A stretch of 64,000 nt of DNA from Opitutales bacterium (GCA_965197745.1 CBDANS010000007.1:480001-544000), one strand, 5' to 3'. Counted from the first letter of the stretch, positions 10,357 through 21,762 are shown. Numbers and translations: made by a program. Notes: a model not told the origin generated them from the sequence alone.

Positions 10357-10454
10357 TCTCGTGAATGATAAGTTGATATTTATAGATTATCTATCTTGCT
10401 TTCATCGATTAATAAATAAGAATTTTTGTCTCGGCAGGTTAACCGTAATATATC

Positions 10455-11192
10455 ATGGCAGAGAAATTACCTATATTGGTTTATCACCGCGTGCATAACG
10501 TTAATGATGTTACCGAACCCAATGATGGAGGACGCACCGATCTTTCCCTCTTTAAACGTCAAATGAATTATTTGCATGACGGTGGATTTAAGACCGTAAC
10601 CTACCATGAGATTGAGGCCTGGCTTTATGATGGAATTGAATTACCTGAACGCGCAGTGGCCATTGATTTTGATGATAATCGGCTGAACGTTCTTGAAAAT
10701 GCCTTGCCGGTTTTAGAAGAGTTGGGGTTCGTCGCAACCGTTTTTGTTATTACCGATCTGGCGAACGGTGAAAACATGTCGGGTATGGTTGGGCATCCGG
10801 CTCTGAATTGGGAACACCTTGGTCAGCTTCGAGACAAGGGTTGGTGCATCTCACCGCACACCGTAAAACATTTATACCTTGCCGGTCCCGAGCGAATGCC
10901 CCGCGACGAGGCTGAATTGATGAGTGAACTGATAGATTCAAAGCGGGAAGTGGAAGAGCGTTTAGGTATTGATGCCCCTAATTTTGCCTACCCCTGCGGC
11001 AGCTGGAATGATGAAGTTGAGGCGCGTGTCAAAGAAGTATACCGCACCGCGCGGCACTGGCATCTTGTCGATGAAGCTCCCTGGCCGATGAATACGCGGG
11101 AGACCAATCCCTTCCGTCTCGCCGCGATTAATATGTGTAATTCGATGTCTATGGAGACCTTTAAGGACCTGATCGTTTCCGCAAAATTGTGA
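10455..11192 (+). CDS. Polysaccharide deacetylase (CE4/NodB-like)
   Basis: PILVYHRV, IDFDD, ATVFVIT, HTVKH, FAYPCG. Confidence 0.85.
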   Translation: MAEKLPILVYHRVHNVNDVTEPNDGGRTDLSLFKRQMNYLHDGGFKTVTYHEIEAWLYDGIELPERAVAIDFDDNRLNVLENALPVLEELGFVATVFVITDLANGENMSGMVGHPALNWEHLGQLRDKGWCISPHTVKHLYLAGPERMPRDEAELMSELIDSKREVEERLGIDAPNFAYPCGSWNDEVEARVKEVYRTARHWHLVDEAPWPMNTRETNPFRLAAINMCNSMSMETFKDLIVSAKL

Positions 11193-11204
11193 TGAAGCGG
11201 ATAA

Positions 11205-11487
11205 ATAGTCGAAAGTCAAAGGTCGAAGGTCTAAAGCGAAAATTCGTATAGTCGATAATGCGAAGCATCTTCTGGAGGGACGCGTGGAGCTTGTCGGCCA
11301 TAGCCCAACGGGCGTTGGATAATCGCGTCCGTGATTACGCAACCTTTTTATTATTTATAACAGTGTCCTGCATTCTCTTTTGTCATTGCGAAGGAGGCTT
11401 AGCCGACTGCGGCAATCCAGGGGGTTGGCAATACGCGTCCGACATTTCCCTGGATCGCCGCGGCTGACAAGCAGCCTCGCGATGACA
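11205..11487. repeat. Composite repeat: heptamer array, TGGAGGG-type palindrome, TGTCATTGCGA REP dimer
   Basis: gtcgaaa/gtcaaag/gtcgaag/gtctaaa; catcttctggagggacgcgtggagcttgtcggccatagcccaacgggcg (near-identical at 29365); inverted REP pair 11381-11487. Confidence 0.8.
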
Positions 11488-11635
11488 AAGGGAATCAATC
11501 GACAATCGAATTGTATATAAAGGTGATTTTTCGGCGACGGCCATGAGATCCGAAACCTGATAGTTAAAGAATAAATTAGGGATTGATTTTTCAGGGCATT
11601 GGTGGAAAGTTCCGGGGAGTTCAGTTTCATTCAGC

Positions 11636-11727
<92 letters not shown>

Positions 11728-11928
11728 TCGATTTACGATTTTCGATTTTCGATTGTGTGGAATAGCCACTACCGAGCCGGAGGCGACATCTTCCAAAGGC
11801 ACTACCAAAGCGCAGCGAGATATTCCAAAGCACAAGAGATAATAATTTAGATAAGTATTTTTCAAGATAAGCTGTTTGGTAACCGACAGGAATAATCCGC
11901 AATCGAAAATCCGATTTCGACAATTGGC

Positions 11929-11952
11929 TCCCTCCCTCTCCGCCATTTCGAT
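11929..11952 (+). repeat. 24-bp exact duplication of tRNA-Ser 3' end (att-like)
   Basis: tccctccctctccgccatttcgat at 11709-11732 and 11929-11952. Confidence 0.9.
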
Positions 11953-11998
11953 AAAATATGCTTCAATTAATTCCACGAACGCTTAAGCTGTAGAAAAG

Positions 11999-12547
11999 AT
12001 GAAATTAAAATCAAAGAAAAGCCAGGAGTTTATTCTGCGCGAAATATCTGCATTTGATTCAGAACCGCTTGGTCATTTTTTCGAATCTTTATCAGTTGAA
12101 ACTCGAAAAAAGTATGGCCCTCATCCGCTGACAAAAGAATTTGCGGTAGAACTTTGCACAAGTAAGGATGACAGTGTTATAAGATTCGTTCTCACTCTAG
12201 TGGATGATAAACGTTTCGTTGGGTATTTCATTTTAGATTTTCGAATGCCAGAAGGAATACTTAATCGCTATAGAGAACAGGGAATTGATCTTTCAGATGG
12301 AAAAAATCCAATGTTTGCACCTTCTATTGCAGATGACTATCAAAATACTGGATTAGCTTCATTAGCGATGCCAGTTATCATTAAAGCCGCGAAAGATCTT
12401 GGCGCAAAAAGTTTAGTATTAATGGGAGGAACTCAAGCGACGAATAAAAGAGCAATAGCTTTTTATGAAAAGTTTGGCTTTAAGCATATTTGTGAATTTG
12501 AAAGGGAAGGTCTCAATTATGATATGCGGATGTTACTGGATACTTAG
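11999..12547 (+). CDS. GNAT family N-acetyltransferase
   Basis: IADDYQNTGLAS (acetyl-CoA motif A), NKRAIAFYEKFGF. Confidence 0.88.
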   Translation: MKLKSKKSQEFILREISAFDSEPLGHFFESLSVETRKKYGPHPLTKEFAVELCTSKDDSVIRFVLTLVDDKRFVGYFILDFRMPEGILNRYREQGIDLSDGKNPMFAPSIADDYQNTGLASLAMPVIIKAAKDLGAKSLVLMGGTQATNKRAIAFYEKFGFKHICEFEREGLNYDMRMLLDT

Positions 12548-12796
12548 CAAAACCTGAAGCTATATTCTCAAAAGTGGGTAGTGGCTGACGAACAAGAGAT
12601 TATTCACAAGCAATGGTTTTGAAATTATTGATGGTGGCAATAGGGGTCAAAAGGAGAATTTAAATGTTATAGACCGCTGCCAAATTTCTAATCTTATGAA
12701 AATTCATCCATGTTCATGATCCAAGGAATACTTGTCAGCTTATCAATGTTTAATTTCTACGCTTGACCCTTATACCTATTCTAAGAGGGTTTTGGG

Positions 12797-14266
12797 ATGA
12801 TCAATCTATTATTGAATGATTGCCGCGGAACGATCGAGCCTGAGCTGTATGGCACGCTTATCGAGAATACCTCGACACTTATGGAGGGGATCTGGGTGGG
12901 CAATGATCCTTCGATCCCTAATGATGACGGTTTGCGCCTGGACACCATCGAAGCTTTTCGCCAACTCGGCATATCCCTTGTCCGTTTTCCGGGCGGCACT
13001 GGGGCTGACTACTATCGGTGGCGGAACGGAATCGGACCCCGGTCCAAGCGTCCCAGGACATGGCAGTCCTTTTTCGGCAACGAAGACTCAAATGAATTCG
13101 GCACCGATGAGTTTATGCGCTTCTGTGAAACAATAGGTGCAGCCGCCTCTATAAAAATCAATCCCATAACAGCACCGCTCCACGAAACCCTCGATTGGAT
13201 GCAGTACTGTAACTACGACGGAAACACCGACCTGGCCAACGAGAGGCGAGAGAATGGTCACCCGCACCCCTATGGTGTGAAGTCCTGGATAATCGGCAAC
13301 GAAACATCTGACACCTATTCCCCTGAAAACTATGCGGACCAGGTATTTGAATGGACCTTTTACATGCGTCAAGTTGATCCCGCGGCGAAGATCATCGCCA
13401 CTGGCGGGATCGACGATTGGAATGAGCGGTTTCTAAAAAGGTTCGCGGAACTGTCAGAGTCGGGAGGATTTGCGAGCAACAATCCGGTAAAGGTGAATAA
13501 CAAAGGGTTTCAGCCGGGATTTAAAGTCCAAATGCTGGAACTCGTATATCCCAATGAAGAGAGGATTCAGGATGCGATTGCCTGGAGCGACAAGTACTTC
13601 GGTGAGGGCAATCTCGAATTCTGTGTCGGGGAGTACGAAGGCATGATTGAACACTGGTGGCCGGAAGAGTGGACCAGCACGATGACAACGTCTGAGTGTG
13701 TCCTTATGGCGGGCCAGACGCCGGATATCCCACACGAGACCGATGCCAGGTTGGACGGTGCGCTCATGGCGGTGGAAAAGATGCACCTCTTCATGCGTTA
13801 CGCAAAACGTATAAAGATGGCGAGTTTTCTTTACCCGACGAATTGTTGGGCACCTTGGATCAAGACTAGCGGACCGAAATTAGTTCGCACGCCGCACTAT
13901 CATGCCTTCGATATACTCAAGGAACACCTGCGTGCCGAGAAAATCGGCGTGGAGTTCAATAGTACGGATGGCCTAGACGTTATGGCTTCCCTCGCGAAGG
14001 GTGGGCGAGAACTGACAGTGTCAATACTTAACCAGCAGGAGGAAAAAACGGTGGACGCCGACATGCGCCTGAAGGATGACGAGGGCAGACTTCCCCAATC
14101 AATAGCCGCGAAGGTACTCACCGGGAATCCCGCAGATCAAAACACTTTCGACACGCCAGACACGGTGATACCACAGGAGGCCAAGGTTGAGATCAAGAAT
14201 GGTGAGCTGTCCGTATCATGCAAACCGGTCTCACTGACAGTGGTTACCTGCAACCTTGCGAAGTGA
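12797..14266 (+). CDS. GH51 alpha-L-arabinofuranosidase-like glycoside hydrolase
   Basis: RFPGGTGADYYRW, EFGTDEF, WIIGNE, candidate nucleophile in CVGEY, C-terminal NTFDTPDTVIP beta-sandwich. Confidence 0.85.
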   Translation: MINLLLNDCRGTIEPELYGTLIENTSTLMEGIWVGNDPSIPNDDGLRLDTIEAFRQLGISLVRFPGGTGADYYRWRNGIGPRSKRPRTWQSFFGNEDSNEFGTDEFMRFCETIGAAASIKINPITAPLHETLDWMQYCNYDGNTDLANERRENGHPHPYGVKSWIIGNETSDTYSPENYADQVFEWTFYMRQVDPAAKIIATGGIDDWNERFLKRFAELSESGGFASNNPVKVNNKGFQPGFKVQMLELVYPNEERIQDAIAWSDKYFGEGNLEFCVGEYEGMIEHWWPEEWTSTMTTSECVLMAGQTPDIPHETDARLDGALMAVEKMHLFMRYAKRIKMASFLYPTNCWAPWIKTSGPKLVRTPHYHAFDILKEHLRAEKIGVEFNSTDGLDVMASLAKGGRELTVSILNQQEEKTVDADMRLKDDEGRLPQSIAAKVLTGNPADQNTFDTPDTVIPQEAKVEIKNGELSVSCKPVSLTVVTCNLAK

Positions 14267-14627
14267 CACAAAGGGGAACAGTGAGTGAAAGTGAACAGTG
14301 AACAGTGAACAGTAGAAGAAGCTGTAGCCATGTTAAGATGAAACAATGCTAGGATTAAGTCAAATAGCCAAACGTCACTAAATCTATTTTTGTGCTTTTT
14401 GTGGCTATCCGATATCCGTAATCCGTACCGAAGGCGTAGCCCGCCTGCCGTCCATAGCCTCGTGCGACGGATGGACATCCCCTCAATCGGCAATCGCAAT
14501 TCGACAATCGATTCACTCAATCGTTACCTCATAAGTTGAAGAGCGCTATTGCGTGTATTAAGAAGAAGGTTCAATGTTCAGGGTTCAGTGGTAATATGTA
14601 AATAGTCATCTTCGCTATGACATATAT

Positions 14628-14702
14628 GGTGGAACGCGGTGTCCCTACCGCGTTGGTGAATGTCGTAATTGAAGAAGCGTGCTAGGGACAGCCCGCTCTA
14701 CC
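14628..14702. repeat. GTAG/GTGG-type REP inverted pair
   Basis: ggtggaacgcggtgtccctaccgcgtt ... agcgtgctagggacagcccgctctacc; related copies near 17123, 32165-32225 and 38632-38684. Confidence 0.65.
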
Positions 14703-14748
14703 TTAACACCTAACACTTAAAACTTAACACTGATCGATAGATCACGCA

Positions 14749-16968
14749 TCATTCAATAGTTACTTCATCGGTTTCGACGGTGATGACATCACCGTCTTCG
14801 TTGGCGAATGTAGCATCGATGCTTTGGGTCGGTTGAGGTGTGTTGTCCGACTTGAAGTTGTTCTGGGTGATCAGGGTCTCAAACCCGGTCGTGGTTGAAC
14901 CACTCTCAGCGACGACGACCGCAGCGCCATTCGTCTGCAAGAGGTCGCCACCGGTGATCCGCAACCCGGGGTTGCCGGCCGGTACCGTGAAGGACCCATC
15001 TCCGAACAGGAGGTGCGGCACCGCGTCACCATCGGCATCGATGTCTCCCACCGTTAAGCGTACCGCAATCGGCACTCCGCGCGCATCCACGCCTACTTTT
15101 CCGGTGCTTCCTGAAAAAACAGTGTTTGACAGTTGCACTCCTCCCAGTCCCGTGGAATTGACTACTTCCACGAGGGTCACGTCCGCCTGGGCGTCATAGA
15201 CCTGTCCTTCGGGGAAAAGGGCCTGGTTAAAGGCGTTGATCCTGCCCACGGTGAAGATACTGAAGAACGTATTGGCGTCCGCACCGTCGATGACCACGCT
15301 CGGCTTGCCCGTCACGTACTCTACGGCCTGGTTGTAGCGTGGGGGAATGGCCGGGGGGAGGAAGGTGGCTGGGTCCAGGGTTACGGTAAAGGTCCCATTA
15401 CCTGAAAATTCTACCTGAACAATGTCCTCGTTTTCGTCCATGAAGGAGACGCGGGTGATCTGTCCCGGCTTGGCCTGGAGTTGGACGGACTCCCCGGTGA
15501 GTAAAATCTGGTCGAAGACGTTGCCGTTGGCATGCTGAATATCTTCACCGGCGATATCGCCCGAGCCATCGAGGACGAGGGGAACGGAGGGTGCGGCTAC
15601 GGTGATGACCGCGGTATCACTGTCAGCGGTGCCGCCGGCGTTGGAAACCTGTACCCAGTAGCTCGTGCTCGCGGTGAGAGCGCCTGTGTCTAAGGTGTCA
15701 GCGGTCGCGCCAGCAACGGGAGCTACGGTGTCACCGCTGTTGCCGGTATACCATTGGTAAGTGAGATCATCACCGCTGGCGGCAACGGACAAGCTTGCCG
15801 CTGCGCCAGATGCGACTTCCTGGCTTGTCGGTTGGGTGGTGATAGCGGGGGCATCAGCGGGTGGGGGACCCTCGGAGCCGGTGCCCGGGGCTCCGATCGG
15901 GGTAAAACCAAAATCGTCGACTCCAGTACGACTGAATAGAGGGTTTATATCCGGGTCATCTTTCATCACAAGTCTGCTAATGCCACCCGGGGCTCCTAAT
16001 TCATCCGCATTAATCGTTATGAAACCAGGTTTGAAATCAGGGGTAAGATCCCCTTCCAGATTAATAATTGTAGTGAGTAAGTTATCGTTCGTATCATAGA
16101 CTTCGATTGAGCCGTCAGGATCGGTACTGCTTGTTGTCACGATCGCAGCGGCAAAAAAATCAATTTCATAAACTGGAGTTTCAAAAGTGATGGTCGCTTC
16201 TTCACCATTAAGTATTGCATAAGAATGAGGGAGCGATCGTACTACTGGGGCGCTACCTGATACAAAGACGATAGATCCCCCTTCAAAACTAGCAGTATTA
16301 GGCGACGTCCCAATGACTAATGGTTCTAATAATCCTGCCCCCACACCAAATTCACTAAAAGTGCTGAAAACCGTATTGTTTGAGGGGAAATCGGTCAGGG
16401 TGAATCCCAGGTCGTCGAGTACGAATTTTCCTGTTACATTCAAAACTTTCACTTCTATAATGCCACCGAGGAAATCAAAATCACTTTGATCCTGAAAAAA
16501 ACCGCTGTCGGCTACAAAGCTATATAAAGGGGGATTGGCACCGGGGCTGATATTTGCTGGCAGGTTTTCGACAACCCCATCGTCACCGATAACAATTATC
16601 GTCTGGCGTTCTGGTCCGAACGTACCAGAATTTATTGCTCCCCTGAACTCCATCCTTCCAGCGCCCGTTGTTTCTCCCGCATAAAATTCGATAAATTGAA
16701 TTCCCCTTGCAGTAGAAATTCTTCCCTCCTGTCCGGGCCCCAGGGTGATCGCTTTGGTTCCGGAGTGTAAGAGTGCCGAATCCTCTAATGTCTCTAACGT
16801 AAAACCGGTGAGCGTCACCGTGTTTGGCTCTTGCCCGATAATGATAGTGCCTTCCCCGCTGATGTCTTCGAAATCTGTAAACACCTCCAGGTCTTGTGGC
16901 AGGGCCATGAGAAGCACAGGAGATAAAACTGAGATAATTAAGAGCGCCAGAGATTTTTTTAATAACAT
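14749..16968 (-). CDS. Secreted modular protein: two tandem beta-sandwich-like domains, Ig-like domain, conserved ~275-aa C-terminal domain
   Basis: Signal peptide; two internal repeats ending DD(L/F)GFT; APAITTQP...YQWY...YWVQVSNAGG Ig-like domain; paralog at 29774-31999. Confidence 0.75.
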   Translation of the reverse strand: MLLKKSLALLIISVLSPVLLMALPQDLEVFTDFEDISGEGTIIIGQEPNTVTLTGFTLETLEDSALLHSGTKAITLGPGQEGRISTARGIQFIEFYAGETTGAGRMEFRGAINSGTFGPERQTIIVIGDDGVVENLPANISPGANPPLYSFVADSGFFQDQSDFDFLGGIIEVKVLNVTGKFVLDDLGFTLTDFPSNNTVFSTFSEFGVGAGLLEPLVIGTSPNTASFEGGSIVFVSGSAPVVRSLPHSYAILNGEEATITFETPVYEIDFFAAAIVTTSSTDPDGSIEVYDTNDNLLTTIINLEGDLTPDFKPGFITINADELGAPGGISRLVMKDDPDINPLFSRTGVDDFGFTPIGAPGTGSEGPPPADAPAITTQPTSQEVASGAAASLSVAASGDDLTYQWYTGNSGDTVAPVAGATADTLDTGALTASTSYWVQVSNAGGTADSDTAVITVAAPSVPLVLDGSGDIAGEDIQHANGNVFDQILLTGESVQLQAKPGQITRVSFMDENEDIVQVEFSGNGTFTVTLDPATFLPPAIPPRYNQAVEYVTGKPSVVIDGADANTFFSIFTVGRINAFNQALFPEGQVYDAQADVTLVEVVNSTGLGGVQLSNTVFSGSTGKVGVDARGVPIAVRLTVGDIDADGDAVPHLLFGDGSFTVPAGNPGLRITGGDLLQTNGAAVVVAESGSTTTGFETLITQNNFKSDNTPQPTQSIDATFANEDGDVITVETDEVTIE

Positions 16969-17289
16969 GCAATACTTTTTTAGGCGTTAAATATTAAGAG
17001 ATTGGAATTTATAATTAGTGGTATGCCGGGCCGTCAATTTTAAACTCATTTTTAATATTATTTTGCATATATATAGAATACAACAGCTTTTCGCGTTTGT
17101 TTCCACCCTTGTCATTGCGAAGTGGGAACGTGGTGTCCCTGCCGCATTTAATATTTCAATAGAGTTAAAAAGAGTGGTAGGGGATTGAGTCAATAAGTCA
17201 ATAAGTTCAAGGTTCAAAAGATCTTTGAAATAACTTAAACGACTACTGTATCTTCCGTTATTTCTGGTGTCTCCTCTGATCGCATTTCC

Positions 17290-17321
17290 TTTTTGACTTT
17301 TTGACTTTTTGACTTTTTGAC
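17290..17321 (+). promoter_or_regulatory. (TTTTTGAC)x4 array ending 17 bp before an ATG lacking an obvious SD
   Basis: Four exact octamers, each containing TTGAC. The regulatory role is inferred. Confidence 0.5.
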
Positions 17322-17338
17322 CCTATCCAATACTTCCG

Positions 17339-18454
17339 ATGATAGATATAATTGAAAGTGGGCTGATTTACCGGGGTGAGGAAAGCGACCCGCATTTTCG
17401 CAATTCATACTGGCCCAGTGTTGTGGAACTCGAGAACGGGGTGCTTCTTGCAGCCATGGATATCAGTAATTATATCAACAGCCGAGATGCCCGTTCTTAT
17501 TACAGTATTTCTAAAGACAATGGAAAGAGCTGGAGTGAGCCAAAGATAATCTGGGATGGTGAGGGATGGTCATATCCCTTTCATACAACCTGTCGCATCA
17601 GCAAATCCCCCGGTGGTGAGGTCATAGGATTCATGGCAATCAAAGACCGATCTGATAGTGAGCAACCCCATACCAACCCTGAAAATGGCGGCATGATAGA
17701 TATGGAGCACGCGGTTGTTCGCTGGGACAATGATAATCAGAGCTGGCTGAAACCGGAAATATTTAAGCGACCCATTGACTGGAAATGTTACGAGAGTTGC
17801 CATGCCATATTTCCCATAACCTCAGAAAAATGGCTTTTGCCCACTGCCTTTCGGACAAACTGGGAAGGGGAATGTCCTTTTGGTCACAAAGCATTTGCTT
17901 TTGTCACCGAGGACAGAGGTAAGAACTGGAAAGGGACTGTTGACGTTTTTGATCACTGGACAGAAAACCTGATTTGCTGGGAACAGAAGCAGACCTTTCT
18001 ATCAGATGGCAGGGTATTCGCCGTTTGCTGGGCATTTAACGCAGAGACAAAAAAGAACCATAAAAACCGATATACTTTTTCCACGGATAACGGTGATTCT
18101 TATGGAGAAACTTTTGAAAGTCCTCTCTCTGGACAGACCTGCACACCGATTGGTTTGGATGACAGTCATATTCTCGCCGTATACCGCAGGTTAGATAAAA
18201 ATGGATTGTGGGGGCACCTGGCAAAGATCGAAGGAACAGAATGGATTCCCATAAGTGAGAAACTTATCTGGGGAGAAGACGTAGAAGCGATCAAGGGAGT
18301 CAAGGATCATTCCATTCAAAATCAGAAGACCCTTCAATTTGGTTTTCCCACGGTGATTCAACTTAGTGATGGGAGCATCTATATTGTGTTCTGGTGTGTT
18401 GAAGAGGGGTTAAGTAATATTCGCTGGTACCGACTTAAAAGTGAGAAAGCCTGA
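17339..18454 (+). CDS. BNR/Asp-box sialidase-like beta-propeller
   Basis: YWPSVVELENG, SKDNGKSW, TEDRGKNW, STDNGDSY, FGFPTVIQLSDG. Confidence 0.8.
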   Translation: MIDIIESGLIYRGEESDPHFRNSYWPSVVELENGVLLAAMDISNYINSRDARSYYSISKDNGKSWSEPKIIWDGEGWSYPFHTTCRISKSPGGEVIGFMAIKDRSDSEQPHTNPENGGMIDMEHAVVRWDNDNQSWLKPEIFKRPIDWKCYESCHAIFPITSEKWLLPTAFRTNWEGECPFGHKAFAFVTEDRGKNWKGTVDVFDHWTENLICWEQKQTFLSDGRVFAVCWAFNAETKKNHKNRYTFSTDNGDSYGETFESPLSGQTCTPIGLDDSHILAVYRRLDKNGLWGHLAKIEGTEWIPISEKLIWGEDVEAIKGVKDHSIQNQKTLQFGFPTVIQLSDGSIYIVFWCVEEGLSNIRWYRLKSEKA

Positions 18455-18467
18455 AATTCTCTGAAGA

Positions 18468-19202
18468 TTGATCTCACTCATCCTCATTACGGCGATCATT
18501 GTTTTTATCGCCGCTTTTATTCGGTCTGCGCTCGGCTTTGGAGAAGCACTCATCGCTATGCCATTATTAGTGATATTTCTCGGGTTAACCACCGCAACCC
18601 CCGTAGTCGGGTTGGTAGCGCTAACCTTGAGCATCGTAATTCTACAGAAAGATTGGCGCTTTGCCGATTTTAAATTAACCGGACGCCTCGTCCTATCATC
18701 GGTAATGGGTATTCCACTTGGTTTATTTTTACTTAAAGGTGTAGCCGACGCGTTTATGAATGGATTACTAGGTGTGGTTTTAATTGCTTATGCAATTTAT
18801 AAAATATTAAGTCCGGAACTGTTACTAAAAAATGACCGCTTCGGGTTGGTTTACCTTTTCGGATTCATCTCGGGAATCCTGGGCGGCGCTTACAACACTA
18901 ACGGTCCGTTAGTAGTCATTTATGCCAACCTGCGTCGATGGCCTGCTCACCAGTTTCGAAGCACAATGCAAAGTTATTTTTTGCCGACCGGGTTATTTAT
19001 GGTGATGGGTCAGGGTTTCGCCGGTTTATGGACGGGCAAAGTGATGACGCTCTATCTCTGTTCACTGCCCTTAATGTTGCTCGCTGTCTACATCGGACGG
19101 AAAGTCCATATGGCTTTCGCCCAAGCCCAATTCGATCGTGTCATCAACGTTGTTTTACTTCTCATGGGTTTGCTCCTGATCGTTAGGGTAATAATTAATT
19201 AG
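18468..19202 (+). CDS. TauE/SafE (sulfite exporter) family membrane protein
   Basis: SALGFGEALIAMPLL, GIPLG, SGILGGAYNTNGP. Confidence 0.85.
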   Translation: MISLILITAIIVFIAAFIRSALGFGEALIAMPLLVIFLGLTTATPVVGLVALTLSIVILQKDWRFADFKLTGRLVLSSVMGIPLGLFLLKGVADAFMNGLLGVVLIAYAIYKILSPELLLKNDRFGLVYLFGFISGILGGAYNTNGPLVVIYANLRRWPAHQFRSTMQSYFLPTGLFMVMGQGFAGLWTGKVMTLYLCSLPLMLLAVYIGRKVHMAFAQAQFDRVINVVLLLMGLLLIVRVIIN

Positions 19203-19262
19203 AATCAATAACTGCTGTTAAACTGGACATATCAAGTTTGCATCGCTGTGCTTTAAATAAAT

Positions 19263-20849
19263 ATGAATATTTCTTCCTATACAGAAAGCGGACTGGTTTG
19301 GCTTGATTGGTTGATGATCACCGCTTATGTTGTCGGTGTTCTCGGCCTTGGGTGGTATTATTCGAGGAGACAGAAAGATACCAGTGAATATTTCATCGGC
19401 ACCGGGAAAATGAACCCGATCCTTATCGGGATCTCACTATTCGCGACCCTCATCAGTACCGCATCCTACCTTTCCAAGCCGGGTGAAGTAATAAAGCACG
19501 GTCCTATTCTTTTCACTGGCTTGATCTTTTCCATCCCCCTTTCCTATGTCATTGTCGGTTACTGGTTGGTTCCGAAGCTCATGAAGCAGCGTATCACAAG
19601 CGCGTATGAACTCCTCGAGGCACGCCTCGGCGTAGGTATCAGGTTATTAGGCGCCATTATGTTTATTCTACTTCGTATAGTATGGATGTCTTTACTTGTA
19701 TATTTTTGCGCTGTCGCATTGACAGTGATCGTCGGCCTGGACGCCAGTTGGACTCCACTCATGGTTGTTATCATTGGTATCATCGCGATTACTTACACTT
19801 CTCTGGGTGGATTGTTCGCGGTGGTTTATACCGACCTCGCACAATTTTGTCTGCTTACCGGTGGTGCGGTCATAACGGTACTTATAATCAGTATTGAAAG
19901 CGGCGGCCTTTCGTGGTGGCCCACGACCTGGGTTTCCACCTGGGACACACAGCCGATATTCAGTTTTGATCCCCATGTGCGGGTATCACTCATAGGAGCT
20001 ATTATATCGGGAGCAGTCTGGAAAGTTTGCATGGCCGGTGGTGATCAATTGCCAATCCAACGCTTCATGGCGACACAAGATGCACGTGCTGCTCGCCGTC
20101 CCTATCTCGTTAATTCTCTCGTCACATTAATTGTTGTCTTCGTATTGGTTGTTCTCGGTTTTGCCTTGCTGGGATATTTCAGCACGAATCCGCAACTGTT
20201 GCCACCAGACTTAGACTTGATCGATGATGCTGATAAAATTTTCCCCTTTTATATTGCTAATCACCTGCCCATGGGCATTGCCGGTCTTGTCGTTGCCGCA
20301 ATGCTGGCCGCTGGGATGTCAAGCCTTGACTCGGGAATCAACTCCATCACCGCGGTGGTGATGACTGATTTTCTCGACCGATTCGGACTGAAGCCAAAGT
20401 CTGAAAAGAAGCATGTATTGTGCGCGAAGGGAATTACTTTTGGCGCCGGGATCATTGTCGTCATTGCCAGTATGTATATGAAATACATGCCCGGTAATTT
20501 TGTAGAGATGACTATGCGGTTAGCTAATCTTCTCCTGCCGCAAAATTTCGGGCTCTTTTTTATGGTATTCTTTGTTCCCTTTGCCACACCCTTAGGCGCG
20601 TTAATGGGCGTGATTTACGGGTTTACGGCCAGCCTCATGTTCTCTTTCTGGCATATTTTTACCGGTCTCACTCCGTTGAGCCCTCAATACGTGGGCGCCA
20701 CGGGTATGGTCATGAACATTGTGGTCGCATGCCTCGTGAGTTACTTCGGTCCGCGAAGCGCTAATAAAAAAGCGAGTACTATTACCGGCTTATTATTGTT
20801 TGGGGTGCTTATAATATTCGTGATACTAGCAATATCAAGCGCGGGGTAA
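19263..20849 (+). CDS. Sodium:solute symporter
   Basis: DTSEYFIG, SAYELLEARLG, GGLFAVVYTD, DQLPIQRF, AAGMSSLDSGINS. Confidence 0.93.
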   Translation: MNISSYTESGLVWLDWLMITAYVVGVLGLGWYYSRRQKDTSEYFIGTGKMNPILIGISLFATLISTASYLSKPGEVIKHGPILFTGLIFSIPLSYVIVGYWLVPKLMKQRITSAYELLEARLGVGIRLLGAIMFILLRIVWMSLLVYFCAVALTVIVGLDASWTPLMVVIIGIIAITYTSLGGLFAVVYTDLAQFCLLTGGAVITVLIISIESGGLSWWPTTWVSTWDTQPIFSFDPHVRVSLIGAIISGAVWKVCMAGGDQLPIQRFMATQDARAARRPYLVNSLVTLIVVFVLVVLGFALLGYFSTNPQLLPPDLDLIDDADKIFPFYIANHLPMGIAGLVVAAMLAAGMSSLDSGINSITAVVMTDFLDRFGLKPKSEKKHVLCAKGITFGAGIIVVIASMYMKYMPGNFVEMTMRLANLLLPQNFGLFFMVFFVPFATPLGALMGVIYGFTASLMFSFWHIFTGLTPLSPQYVGATGMVMNIVVACLVSYFGPRSANKKASTITGLLLFGVLIIFVILAISSAG

Positions 20850-20892
20850 TTCAATTGATATGAATCCTCTTATATTGCTAATCCAGTCGCGA

Positions 20893-21762
20893 TTAGAAAT
20901 ATTTCATGAGCAAATCAAAAACACGAAAGTGGCTCTTTTCGATGGCATATTCCATCGCCATTTTCTTTTTGGGATCCAATAAATTTTTTATCCGCGGACT
21001 GGCGCAATGTTCAAGCAATTCGCCTACAATATCGATATGCCCATTAGCTGATGCCAACATTAATGCCGTTTGACCGTCTTGATTCTGAGCGTTAATGTCC
21101 AGCTGGTCTGAATTAATTATGTCGGTTGGCTTAATAACATACTGATTGACGGGATCAAAACCCTTTAAAAATTCCTTAACCTTATCAAGGTTCCCCTCTC
21201 CTGCTGCGATAATAAAATCCTGACAGTAAGTAAGGGGGATGCGTTTGCTTTCTAAAATTGAAGAGAATAACTTCATTTCATAATAAGGTTTTAATTGGTC
21301 TATTATGATCTTTTCATCCTGCACGGATACGCTATTTTCTAGCGCTGCCTGGAGCTTATCTAATAGCTGATTAATCAATGTGTGTTTATTTTCAAAAATA
21401 AATCCCCCATTCATTAAATACGTTTCGTCAAGAAGTATAGCCCCCTTCTCATTAATCTCATCTACACTTACTTTCAATGCGTTTACATGATAGGGGTAAA
21501 AATGGTTATCAGAGATCAATTTCTCGCATTCTATCTTTACGAGAGAATTACTATATCTGTTTTTTAGTTCTGCGGCTGAATTTTTAACTGCTTCATAAAA
21601 ATCTACCGCCAGTGAGGGTTCCACTTGCCAGTAATCCGATTCCACGGGACTCGGACGATCGGGATATTGGCAGTCGTTAGCTAGTGTGATAGGGACTAAA
21701 TATAGAAAAGGAAAAATTAACCCCAGTCCGAAATAAAATAAACTATCTTTTAAATACTACAT
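20893..21762 (-). pseudogene. Ankyrin-repeat protein; full signal-peptide-bearing ORF has TAG at codon 2
   Basis: AAGEGNLDKVKEFL and DINAQNQDGQTALMLASANGHIDIVGELL ankyrin repeats. In frame upstream of GTG 21645: ATG(21762) TAG YLKDSLFYFGLGLIFPFLYLVPITLA. Confidence 0.7.
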
